Source: Octopus sinensis
Lineage: Eukaryota
Length of the DNA stretch: 64,000 nucleotides
Direction of reading: 5' to 3'
NCBI RefSeq assembly: GCF_006345805.1
Contig: NC_043006.1
Span: 49,786,001-49,850,000 of the forward strand
A program made the translations under genes and the position numbers. This document shows, in pieces, positions 38,963-51,841 of this stretch. The stretch's first letter is position 1; each line of letters starts with the position of its first letter. Under the pieces are notes generated by a model, which worked only from the letters and a program-made list of their open reading frames with translations, ran no database searches and was not told the origin of the DNA.

Positions 38963-39368
38963 ATACTCTCTCTTTACTCTTTTACTTGTTTCAGTCATTT
39001 GACTGCGGTCATGCTGGAGCACCGCCTTTAATCGAGCAACTCGATTCCGGGACTTATTCTTTTGTAAGCCCAGTACTTATTCTATCGGTCTCTTTTGCCG
39101 AACTGCTAAGTAACGGGGACATAAACACACCAGTATCGGTTGTCAGTATTCTAGGGGGACAAACACAGACACACAAACCACAGAGACGCATAATATATAA
39201 ACATATAAACGACGGGCTTCTTTCAGTTTCCGTCTACCAAATCCACTCACAAGGCTTTGGTCGGCCCGAGGCTATAGTAGAAGACACTTGCCCAAGGGCC
39301 ACGCAGTGGGACTGAACCCGGAATCATGTGGTTGGTAAACAAGCTACTTACCACACAGCCACTCCTGC

Positions 39369-39371
<3 letters not shown>
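38963..39371 (-). mobile_element. SINE family A
   Basis: Full-length match. Confidence 0.92.
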
Positions 39372-39410
<39 letters not shown>

Positions 39411-39623
39411 TATATATAATATAGATATATATAATACATATATATACAATATATAGATATACATATACTACAATAATACACACATTATTCAGGTCGTTTA
39501 CAGGGAACACTTTGAATGTGCATATAAATGCTGTTATTCTATTATGCCGACTATAGCCTAATGATACCAACTGGCGATAGCAGTTTTTGGGGTCGCACCG
39601 ACCTATGCTGATATAATGTAGGG

Positions 39624-39660
<37 letters not shown>

Positions 39661-40351
39661 GGATGTACACATATATACGTTCTTATTCCTTTCTTCCTTC
39701 CTTGGGTCCTCAGTGACTGATGGAATCGTAGAGACAACGTCTGGGGCATCATACATTTGGAAATCTAGCAAAAACGGACACTCTACAGGGCCGAACACAG
39801 CCATTTCCTTTCGGGCTGAGAGAGAAAGAAAAAGAAAAATAGAGACGAGCAAACGAAAACGGAAAACAGTTTGCTAAATATCAGGACAACAATTTTATCT
39901 AAATAACCATAAACGTTTCATCATCAGCTACTCTATTGGGAATCATTATAGTTTCGACATCGAGCATACTTTCAAAGTAATGGTGTCAACACCGTCAAAA
40001 AACATTTAATCGCTACAGACTTAACATACATGCACACGCACGCACACACAACCACATACACACACACACACCACTCACACACACATGCACACATAATTAT
40101 TAGCAGCTAAAATACATTACAATATATCATGAAGCAAACGTCAAACTGGTGCTTAATAAACGAAATTGAAAATTAGCAAGCAATAAACAAACTTTAAAGT
40201 GTTGTCTGTTAAACGTTTGGATGAATGATTTCTAAAACAGGGTTAAATACAATGAAAAAGATTATAACATTGGTGTTAATTATACAATAAATCAATTAAA
40301 ATTTCAATCAGTGTAAAAAATAAAGCACAAAATAAACATCCATAATTAATT

Positions 40352-40579
40352 AGGCTGTGTGGTAAGTTTCCCAACCAAAAGTTTCCGTGTTCAGGCACAC
40401 TGCGTGACACTTTGGGTATGTGTTTTGTGTCATAATCCTGGGCCGACCAAAACCATTTGAATGAACTCGGGTGGCGAAAACTGAAAGGAACCCGTCGTAT
40501 GTGTGTGTGTGTATTACGTACGTATATGTGTGTATGTATATTTATATATACATGTATATATGTGTTAGATATATATATA

Positions 40580-40628
<49 letters not shown>

Positions 40629-40890
40629 ATATATATATATATATAATAGGTATGATGTATGTATGTATGTATGTATGTATAAAAGTATGTATACATTTAT
40701 ATGCGTCTTGTGTTCCTGTTTGTCCCCACTAACTTTTGAAACCAGTGTTGGTCTGTTTACGTCTCTGTAACTTAGCGATTCAGCAAAAAAAAAGCGTTAG
40801 AATAAGTACCAGGCTTAGAAAAAGGACTGGGGCCGATTTGTTCAACTAAACCTTTCTAGGCAGTGCCTAAAACATGTAAAATATAAAAAC
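40352..40890 (+). mobile_element. Diverged SINE family A
   Basis: Degenerate head, body and tail around an expanded microsatellite. Confidence 0.75.
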
Positions 40891-42332
40891 AGAAATGGTC
40901 AAGCTAACACGCGTTGAATACAAGAAAACCAGCACAATAACTGACCGTTTTCATCACAGCTCAACTTCGAAAGAAACATTTTAGCCGTTCCACAAGAATA
41001 TGTGGTGATAGACTCAAGACAAGTTAAACACTTAATTATTGACTTACCGAACATCAAAAGACCGTTACAAACATATGTACGTCGAACAAACACAGTAAGA
41101 CGGTGGTTGTAATAAACATCAGAGATGCTTTGTTCCACGAAGAAACTTCACGAAGAAACTACTTAATGATAGTGCGAGCTCTTCTTATAGTGGTGACTAA
41201 AATCATCTCAATGCTGGAAATCCTTCCGTATCATTTGCAGGTATCTTATTACAATCGTTTCGCCGCTTGGCCTGTACGATTCACCTGACTGGGGCAGCTA
41301 GGAATGAATTAGAGTTCGCCTACGGAAAGGTTTCATCTGTGGTCTCTTGTCACCTACAACAACCTTGAACTGGTTTAAGCTACCATACTTGTTTCCATGG
41401 TGACTTTCTTTAGTTGTTCGGGTTCCGAACTAATTTTCTGTTGGATATGGAGCACCTATTCGACTGGAAAACCGAGGCGACCGGCTTCATTAGGATATGA
41501 GATTGTGTACCGTCTTTTAACAAGTACCACATCAACAAAATTCTGATGTTTGGCGTCTTTAGTTTGTAAAAAATCTCTAGACTGTTTACCTAGAACACAG
41601 ATAAAAGAATTAGTAAATACTACATGGAGGCTTAATATTAAATTGCAAACTTGAAATAACCTCATTTTAAAATAAATCATAATGATTGTCCAAGCAACAA
41701 TGAAAGTTTTTTTTTTACTTAATAATATATTGTAACCCTTGTTTCATCACTTATTTCACTGTCTATAAATAAACAGCGTTTATATTACGACCGTATCTCG
41801 TAATCTTTTGTTTAGACTGCATAAAAGATAAATGTCAGCCGGAAACAATTAAAGATAAATGTCAACTGGAAACACAAAGGTGAGCATTATAATAAAATAC
41901 ACATGATTAATAACGCTGGGAAAAGATGCATAAGGAAATTAATGAAATGAGCAGTTTGAGGATTATGTGTGAGAACAGAATTACAGGGGATGGTTAGGTC
42001 AGTCTGATAGAAAAATTCAAAGAATGAAAAGAAGATACATGTAGAAAGAACGCGTTTGTGAGAAAGAGGAAAAGAGTGGGACGATGTGTGTGTGTGGGGG
42101 GGAGCGTGTGGATAATAATGAGGCAATTATTAAGATTGATTTGTATCTATATACTATTGTTACACATTTTACATAATTTTATCTTCTCTTAATTCCTTCA
42201 TATTTGTCTATTTTTACAATTTCTCTAATAATTAATTCTAGTCTTTATGTATTTAGATATTTATAGCCAGTGTTGGGGTTGACACTCTACATTAAAAGTT
42301 AGAGACAATTCTGGATATAGTCATATGATATA

Positions 42333-42690
42333 TAACTTAGATAACTTAGATTGGTTTTGGCCATTATCGGCCCAGGCCATGACTAACTCGATAGCACCTC
42401 ATGGAAAAGTCTTTTAGTTAATTATTTCAGGACACCATGGACTATTCAAGCAGAAAGTTGTTGTTAGTTGAGACGTAGGTGGTTTATCCAGTATTTCCTG
42501 GAGGAATTTGTCCAGGTATCGTTTGAAAGTCGTGGGGGTCTTTTTCTCCTTTAATTTCTTTCGGGATAACATTGAAAAGATCAGGACCATTTGCAGTGAA
42601 GAAATTGTGCCGCAATGTTCTTATGTGATGTGATCTCGACCTTTGCAGGGGACGCATTGCACGGGGGCCTAGTCCTGGTTGAATTGTAGC
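42333..42690 (-). mobile_element. CR1-group LINE 3' end (different family)
   Basis: HNFFTANGPDLFNVIPKEIK...FKRYLDKFL, 3' GGCC-GATAAT-GGCC hairpin and (TCTAAGTTA)2 tail. Confidence 0.7.
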
Positions 42691-42691
42691 T

Positions 42692-42859
42692 AGGTGCAGG
42701 AGTGGCTGTGTGATAAGTAGCTTGCTTCCCAACCACATGGTTCCGGGTTCAGTCCCACTGCGTGGCACCTTGGGCAAGTGTTTACTACTATAGCCTCGGG
42801 CCGACCAAAGCCTTGTGAGTGGATTTGGTAGACGGAAACTGAAAGAAGCACGTCGTATA

Positions 42860-42905
<46 letters not shown>

Positions 42906-43124
42906 TATATATATATCTTCGTGTGTGTGTTTGTGTGTCTGTTTTTGTCCACCCACCAACCCAACATCGCTTGACAACCGATGCTGGTGTGTTTACGTCA
43001 CCGTAACTTAGCGGTTCGGCAAAAGCGACCGATAGCATAAGTACTAAGCTTACAAAGAACAAGTCCTGGGGTCGATTTGTTCGACTAAAGGCGGTGCTCG
43101 GGCATGGCCGCAGTCAAATGACTG
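42692..43124 (+). mobile_element. SINE family A (left member of a tail-to-tail fusion)
   Basis: Full head to CAGTCAAATGACTG. Confidence 0.92.
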
Positions 43125-43466
43125 GAGCACCGCCTTTAGTCGAGCAAATCGACCCCAGGAATTATTCTTTGCAAGTCTAGTACTTATGATATCGGTCTCT
43201 TTTGCCGAACCGCTAAGTTACGGTGATGTAAACACACCACCATCGGTTGTCAAGCGATGCTGGGGGACAAATATATACACACACATACATATATTTATAC
43301 TTATGTACGACAGGCTTCTTTCAGTTTCTGTGTACCAAATCCACTCACACGGCTTTGGTCGGCCCGAGGTTATAGTAGCAAACACTTGCCCAAGGTGCCA
43401 CGCAGTGGGAATGAACCCAGAACCATGTGGTTGGTAAGCTACTTACCACACAGTCACTCCTGCGCA
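43122..43466 (-). mobile_element. SINE family A (right member of a tail-to-tail fusion)
   Basis: Begins at CTGGAGCACCGCC, ends at CTCCTGCGC. Confidence 0.92.
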
Positions 43467-44224
43467 TCATGGCCAGTTCAAAATGCCCGCCGTTTAATTC
43501 CATGTGAGATTGGGTCAAAATATCGCCGCAGTAAATACAGTGACGAAATAAATTAAAATTTATATAAATATGGATAAGATCGATAATTTAAAAATAAAAT
43601 AACGATTTTATCAAGTGGTCAACATGGAAAAAAATAACCTTCAAAGGTAATAATTATTAAAATTATAAATTAGGGTATCTACGAGATACCACCATGCTGA
43701 AAATAGCAGCCATGATCTGACTCTAAAACCACCTTGATAGTCCATATATCAACACGGAGAGAAAACAGACACAAGATGAAACTAGTAAAAATTGCTGGAT
43801 AATTCTAGATCCCGGATTTCTGACTTTGCATTTAGTAATGCTTTGCCTCGTCAGTAGAATACACACAGAAGAGAAACATAAATACATATATATATAAGCA
43901 CAACATACGAATACTTACATATATGAACATATACCTACATATATATGCACGTATGCATCATGACCAGTTCAAAATGCCCGCCGTTTAATTCCATGTGAGA
44001 TATGGTCAAAATATCGCCGCAGTAAATACAATGACGAAATAAATTTAAATTTATATAAATAAGGATAAGATCCTTATGCATCGTTAATTTGAAAATATAA
44101 TAACGATTTTATCAAGTGGCCAGCATGGAAAAAATAACCTTCAAAAGTTAATAATTATTAAAATTATAATTAGGGTATCTACGAGATACCACCATGCTCA
44201 AAATAGCAGCCATGATCTGACTCT
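43466..44224 (-). repeat. Partial tandem repeat (~260 bp direct copies, period ~490 bp) with a hammerhead between copies; Penelope pLTR-like
   Basis: 43466-43724 matches 43957-44224. Confidence 0.85.
43802..43860 (-). ncRNA. Type I hammerhead ribozyme motif
   Basis: Minus: ATTCTA-CTGACGA-GGC AAA GCATT ACTA AATGC AAA GTC-A-GAAA-TCCGGGA-TC-TAGAAT; perfect 6 bp stem I, near-palindromic stem III, AUC triplet; one extra A before GAAA. Confidence 0.7.
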
Positions 44225-44251
44225 ATGTATGTATATATATGTATATTATAT

Positions 44252-44308
<57 letters not shown>

Positions 44309-44314
<6 letters not shown>

Positions 44315-45480
44315 AAACTGAGAATGTGTTTCTGTCTGTCTGTGTGAATCCCTAAAACTTGAGAACTACACAACCAATTTCATTCAAATTTTACACATGC
44401 CTTACTTAGGGTGAAGGTAGTGTCATGGGCAAAAGAAGTTTTAACTTCTTGCCTAGGGCAATATAATATCTTCTCTACTATTTCAATATTACGTGTCAAA
44501 AGTAAAAGAAAACATCTCTCTATTGTAATGTCAGATACTTACACTTCAATACTGAAACTATTACATAACAGGGATGAACTGTAAATGGATATCCATCCTC
44601 CTAGAAGAAGATCCGCTATAGTCTTATATGCTACACCACTGGTTTTAAATTCATACTAATCAAATTAATATCCAATTTTTCACCCTTGTTATTTTAAATT
44701 TAAATTTACATGTACATATATATATATATATATATATAATATATATATATATATTATATATATATATATATATATAGATGTATACAAATAGATGTATATA
44801 TATAGATGTATATATATATACATGTATATATATCGATGTATATATATATGCATATATATATATAAATGTATATGTATACATGTATGTGTAGATGTATATA
44901 TATATACATGTACATGTAATATGTACACATATATACATGCATACATATATACACCCATACACGCACCCCCCCCCCACACACACATACATAGGTGCAGGTA
45001 TGGCTATGTGGTAACACACTTGGTTCCAAAACACATAGTCCTCAGTTCAGTCCCACTGTGTGGTAACTTGGCATGTGTCTTCTGCTATAGCCTTAGACCA
45101 ACCAAAGCAGTGTCAGTGGATTTTGTAGACAGAAACTAAAAGAAATCAATTGTATATATATGTATGTATATATGTAAGTCTCTGTGTGTGTCTTTGTGTT
45201 TCTCCCTCATCACTGCTGCAAAACTGGTGTTCGTTTATTTACATCCCCATAACTTACTGGTTTCACAAGAAGAAACTGATACAATAAGTCCCAGGCTTAT
45301 CAAAATAAAAAAAAACACTAGGTAAAGTCTCATATTTCTGTTTGCCCATTCAGTTTTATCAATCAATTTATCTTTGTGTGTGTGTGTATACATATATATA
45401 TATATACATATATATATGTGGTGGGGTGGGGGCTTTCGTAGACAGGAACTGAAACAAATCAATCGTGTATATATATATAG

Positions 45481-45521
<41 letters not shown>

Positions 45522-45800
45522 ATATGTAAGCGTATGTGTGTGTCTTTGTCTCCGTGTTTCGCCCCCTCATCACCGCATCACAACTGCTGTTCATTTATTT
45601 ACATCCCCCATAACTTACTGGTTTCACAAGAACAAACTAATAAAATAAGTGCCAGGCTTATCAACATAAAAAAATCATTACGCTGTGTCTCATATTTTTG
45701 TTTGCTCACTCAGTTGTATCTATCAATTTAGCTTTGTATGTGTGTGTGTGTATCTATATCTATATCTATCTATCTATCTATCTCCCTATCTCTCTCTCTT

Positions 45801-45876
<76 letters not shown>

Positions 45877-47185
45877 TATATATAACACCCTAAAGGGGGG
45901 GCCTTACCTCCCAAATTTTAGTAATTTCTTTTATGATCCAAAATTAGGTCAAATGTACTGAAGGGAAATTTGGAAATTATATTCTATGCATAAGGGCCAT
46001 AACCCCCATGGCAATTCATATATTTTTGCTGTTGATGAAATTTTAACCACGGATATTAAACTCGAATGAAGTAATATTTATAAAATTTCATCTTCTTATA
46101 AGTTAGAAAGACCCCTCCATGAGGACTTAACACCCACAATTTTATCTAAGCAAAGACGAATACAGTTGTACTCTTGGAAGCTGTAGGGTTACCCGAGCAT
46201 AAACGATGAGCAATATTTGTATTTCAATGGTACCACAGTGTAAAACTTTGCTTTGACATACACTAACATTGTGATTTCTGCAATGTGGTGCATAAATTGT
46301 CAAGTAAATGAGAGGCATCTTTGCTTCCACTGATTCAGTTGCAAAATGTTGAGTAAAGTTATTTGATTGCAGACCTCCTTTCAGTCTTTTTATTATCACT
46401 GGGTCACACATAGTCCCCTTATGGTAACATTGATTTCAAGGCCTTCCCAGATGGGTTACTGGTTATTCAAAGACATTTATAGATTGTAAATTTATTCTGT
46501 CTAGTTACGTATCAGTATAGCGTTCATTTGCAAACTCCAGAAGTGACACTTTCATTTCTCCTTAGCCCTCACGTCACACAGTTGTTAATGTTTATTTCAT
46601 TTGGGTCACGCCCTTCCAATTGCTATAGATTCGTAGTGCATCTTACGGCTGTGCCTGTCACCTGGATGGTGAGAATCCTACATTGGGAGTGGTAGCAACT
46701 AGGGTAGAGTAGCTGACTGCTTATTGTGATCATTCGTCTTTTGGTTTCCTGTAGCTTTGCTCTCTTTTATAAACCCAGTGAACATATATTTTCTATTTCA
46801 AAGAAATTCAAACAATAGATATAAGACCTAAATTAAAAAGATTCTCAACAATTCAACTTCTCTGCTTGACGCTAAGACACCCACCCCCAACAAGGGCCTT
46901 AACTCTCACATTTTGGAGCTCCATGACCTTCATTTTTCAGGTGGAAAATTCTTTTAACAGGTTCAATAAGACTGGAATTTTGGAATATGCGTATAAAAAT
47001 CAGTAGTATGGACTACATGTAGCACGATTACAATTTTTTAGGCTGTGTAAAGAGGGAAATAACCCTCATCTGCAATTTTGATAAAATTCGAAATATAGAT
47101 ATTCCAGTTCATTAAAGAAAATATAACAGAAAAGTCTAATTATTCAATTGCATGTAACACGGGCAACGCCGGGTATCTCTGCTAG
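44309..47185 (+). mobile_element. Helitron-like element (termini recognised; interior mosaic with nested repeats)
   Basis: 5' TATAAAACTGAGAATGTGTTTCTGTCTGTCTG and 3' ACGGGCAACGCCGGGT-ATCTCTG-CTAG|T; that both ends belong to one element is an assumption. Confidence 0.5.
44990..45740 (+). mobile_element. Diverged SINE family A plus a local ~360 bp tandem duplication
   Basis: TTTATTTACATCCCCATAACTTACTGGTTTCACAAGAA and downstream flank occur at ~45234 and ~45594. Confidence 0.75.
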
Positions 47186-47251
<66 letters not shown>

Positions 47252-47344
47252 TATATATGTATATGCATGTATATATATATATACATATATATATGTGTGT
47301 GTGTGTGTATATATATATGTATATATAAATATATGTATAAATAA

Positions 47345-47398
<54 letters not shown>

Positions 47399-47399
47399 A

Positions 47400-47632
47400 C
47401 ATATATGTCTGTGTCTTTGTGTCTGTGTTTCATCACCATCACTTGGTAACCGATGTTGGTGTGTTTATGTCTCCGTAATATAGTAGTTCGACAAAAGAGA
47501 CTGATAGAATAAGTACTAGGCTTGCAAAGAATATACCCTATGGTCGATTTTTTTCAACTATGAAACCCTTTGAGGCGGTACCCTTGCATGGCGCAGTCAG
47601 ATGACTGAAACAAGTAAAAGAATAAAAGGATA
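47400..47632 (+). mobile_element. SINE family A tail half
   Basis: GATAGAATAAGTACTAGGCTT...GACTGAAACAAGTAAAAG. Confidence 0.8.
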
Positions 47633-48000
47633 TATATATATATAATATAATAATATTAGGGAGTAAATCCAAACTTACAGGGAAAAATTAGATTTAGGAT
47701 TAAATCTAATTTTACAGTATAAATAAATATATTAAATTAGAGATAAAACCACTATTAGGCAAATCAAACAGTGAAAAACATAAACCAAAACATAAAAATA
47801 AATTAATTAATATAATATACAAAATATATAAAATATAAAATTCAAAATTTAAATTATTTAAATTAAAAGTTAAAATTTTCAAATAATTTTAAATATTAAT
47901 TTATACTTATAAATTTTTATATAATATATATATATATATATTATTATTTCTATTTTTATTATAATGTTTTTTAGTTTTTAGTTTTTTAATTATATATATT

Positions 48001-51000
48001 GATTGATTTTTGATTTTGATTTTGATTTTTCCAGTTTCAGCTTATGAGCTGTGGCCATGCTGGGGCACCGCCATTTGGCGTTGCTACTTGGTTTCACTTC
48101 ATGAAGGCTTTCTAGCAGCTGCTATTTGGTGCATGAGAGAGTTCGATGCAGCTGCCCTCATCTGCCCCTCCTGCCGTGAAGTTGGTTCATCTGGGAATCC
48201 TGACAGGAAGAGATCCAGCTTCATTTTAAAGACATCTGTATCCACCCCATGCAGGTCTCTCAGGTTCTTCGGGAGGATATTGAAGAGCTGTGGGCCTCGG
48301 AAGCCCAGGCTATCACAGAATCTTGTCCTACATCTTGATGGCAAGTTTGGAGTCCTAGGCACCACGCAGTGGCGCCCAGTTCTGGCATTTGCGTAACTCT
48401 CGATGCCAAAGTTCAGGACACTTCCCTCCAGGATCTTCCAGATGTATATTATGGCATATCTTTCCCGCCTACGCTCCAGGAATATAATGTTAATTTCCTG
48501 AGTCTTTCCAGTAGCTTACATTCTGCATAGAGGCTATCTTCTCCGTGTAGCTACGTTGGATCGCCTCGAGCTCTGTGATCAACTTGACACTGGATGGTGA
48601 CCATAACTGAGAGCAGTAGTCAAAGTGGCTTAGGACAAGTGTCCTCCAGAGGACCATCATGGTTTCTTGTTCTCTTGTTCTAAAGGTTCTGAGGATCCAT
48701 CCGGCCAGTCGTCTACATTTCATTGCCAATTTAGCAACATGTACACGAAAGGTCGCGTCATCACTCATGTAAATACCTAGGTCACGCACTGATTGTGCCT
48801 CTGGGATTGCTATTCCTCCGGGTCCAGTGTATTCATTGGGTATTGCATTTAGTTTTGCATGCTGATAGTATAGAGCTTGAAACTTTTCAGCATTGAACTG
48901 CATGCTATTCTTTTCGGCCACTTGTATATTTTGTCTAGCTCACATTGCAGGTGTTTAGTGTCCTCAGGGTTCTGTATTGCCTGTGAGACTTTTGTATCAT
49001 CTGCATAACTTGTGATCGTGGCTCTCTGCGTGGCTGAGGGCATGTCTGAGAGGGCCATTATGAACAGTAGTGGTCCCAGAACAGTGCCCTGCGGAACACC
49101 GCTCACTATTTGCGTGTTAATGGAAGTGGCCACTACCACCTGACTTCTATCTTTCAGAAAGTCATGAAGCCATTCTCCCAGTTTTCCAACTATGTTGAGA
49201 TCACGCAGTTTGTGACATATCATTCCATGATCGACTTTATCAAAGGACTTTGCAAAGTCGAGATATATGACTTCCACATTTGAGTGGTTGAGCAGCCGTT
49301 TCAGCACCCAGTCATAGTGTTGTAGGAGCTGAGTTAAACAGCTTCTCCCTGGTCGGAAACCATGTTGGGTGTCGGGCAGCAAGTCATTTTCTTCAAGGAA
49401 GGTGATCAGCTTCCTTCTGACTATTCGTTCCATGACCTTGCTGGTGTGTGAGGTCAGAGAGATAGGTCTATAGTTCTTGGCTTCCGCTCTGCTACCTCCT
49501 TTATGAATGGGGCATATTTTACCTTCCTTCAGTTTTCTTGGAAGTTTGCCAGCTGCAAGGAAGCTCTGAAAGAGGAACTGCAGTGGTCTTGCTAGGACTC
49601 TCTTACATGCTTTTAGGAGGATTGCCGGGAATCCATCGGGGCCAGTAGCTGAGTCTGTTTTCATTTCATCTATAGCCTTGATTACATCGTCTTCCTTTAT
49701 ATCGATGTAATCTATCGTCGCCGCCTCTGATTTTATATCTGCAGTGGTAAAAAAGTCAGTTGGATTGGTGATTTGGAGATGCCCAAGGGGTGGAGTGAAA
49801 ACACTCTTGAATTGCTCATTCAGTATTTCACTTACCCTCATTGGTTTTCCTGTAAGTGTGCCATCCTTTTCGAGGAGTGGCCCTATTCTACAGTGCACCG
49901 TAGCCGTTTCTTTGGCATACCTGTAGAAAGCTTTGGGGTTAGATTTTATGTTGTCTATAGCCCAGGCTTCTTTGTCTGCTCTTTCCTTTTCATGGGAGAG
50001 TTTCAGACATTTTTCAATTTCCAACAGTTTTATTTTTAGGCGGGACTTTTCACTGCTTTCAATCTGTTTGTTTAGGCGATTTGAAAGTTTTGTACGCCGT
50101 CTCATTAGAATTTTCCTCTCTCTGGGGATTTTGTTCTTGTGTACAGTGGCCTTTCTCTCTGGGACATATTTGTAGCATATGGCTTGCATTACAGACATGA
50201 ATTGTTGAAGTTCACGTCGATGTCTGGCGAGGAGAGACATTTAGGCCAGTTTTGTTTGAGGATCTCTTCTCAATTTGTTTCCAGTTTGTCTTATGGTAGT
50301 TCAAGCTGGAAAGATTCTGGGGGTTTCTTGTAGGCTGCATGTCCGTGCTCTCTTTTGGCCCGTACATGGTCAGCTCTATCATGTTGTGATCCGAGAGTAG
50401 TGTCGGTGTCACTTTCACATTATGGATGAGATCCATGTCATTTGTGAAGCAGAGATCCAGTGTGTTACCTGCCCTGGTTGGTTGGAGTATTACCTGCTCC
50501 ATGTACAGGGTGTTGATGAGGTTCAGGAGGGACCTCGCCTGTCCTCGTTCACATCTTGTCATTCCTGGGAGAGAAAGGCCCTCGGGCCATCTGACATTTG
50601 GCAGATTGAAGTCTCCCATAAGAAGTACACTTATGTGTTGTTCTAATGTGGTTAGAACTTCTTCTATTTTTATAAGGCAGTCTTCAAACTTGCCCACATG
50701 GCTTGGGGCATCTGGAGAGCGGTATGTAGCACACACAACTACATCAAGTTGCCTAATATGTACAATTAGTGTGTCACACACCGAGTTTGAGTATGACAAG
50801 AGGACTTGGGGTGTGAGGTCCTCACGGATGTACATAGCAACACCTCCATGACTCCTTTCTTTCCTGTCGGTCCGTAGTACAACATACTGTGGTATGTGTA
50901 ACTCCGCATCTGCTATATCCGGTTTCAGGTGCGTTTCCGTTAGTGCTATGCATAAGGCTTGATTGCATGCAACAAAATCTCTCAGGAACGGGATTTTTGT

Positions 51001-51003
51001 CAT
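48001..51003 (-). mobile_element. CR1-group LINE ORF2 (APE endonuclease plus RT), 5'-truncated, few frameshifts
   Basis: ORFs 50212-51003 (ALTETHL, GGVAMYIR, MGDFNLP, TLDL, SDH), 48849-50240 (GPDG, NYRPISLTS, QHGFR, YLDFAK, SGVPQGTVLGP, YADD), 48490-48921, 48099-48365; tail (TCAAAA)n. Confidence 0.95.
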
Positions 51004-51044
51004 ATTTTTTTTTTTTAATTTAAAAAAAAATATATGTAACTATC

Positions 51045-51570
51045 ATCATAAAGTATCAAAAAGTGTAATATAAGATAAAAATTCCGTAATGATAAAATAT
51101 GCTTTAAAAAGGCAAGTATTTATGAAAATTGGAATATTCGTCGTAGGAAATGGTAAAAGTTCAAATATATATATTTGAATACACACATATATACATCACT
51201 TACATACATAAACACACACACGTACATACACCATCATATCATGCACCACACATACATATATATGACACGCCAAGCAGTTTGAGGTTTTAATTGTACCTTT
51301 GAGTAAATTTAAGTTTTTAGACGGTAATGTAATTGAAATAAATGTAATTAAAATAAATACGTCGTACAACTGTAAAAACTCTCTTTACAAGTGTCTGCAA
51401 CTCAGCGGTGTGTTTAATTAAATTTAATGAAATACAGTGCTTCGGCTAAAGATTTAGTTTCAATCTATGTTACTATATTAATTATAGCATATATATATAT
51501 ATGCTATAATTATAAGTATGTACGTATGGTCCTATATGTATATATGCATGTATGTATAGAATGTATTATG

Positions 51571-51646
<76 letters not shown>

Positions 51647-51799
51647 TTATATATATATATATATATATACATACATATACATACATATATATATATATAT
51701 ATATACATACACACGCATATATATACACATACATACATATACATATATATTTAGATGATGTGTATATATATATACATACACACACACATACATACACAC

Positions 51800-51841
<42 letters not shown>

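Noticed and set aside
39905-39940. Minus-strand CTGATGA-T-GAAA-CG-TT, a possible minimal hammerhead
   Set aside because: No stem I complementarity in the flanks.
46142-46760. Possible Helitron Rep remnant on the minus strand
   Set aside because: Only faint motif echoes, and opposite in orientation to the nearby termini; not supportable without a profile search.
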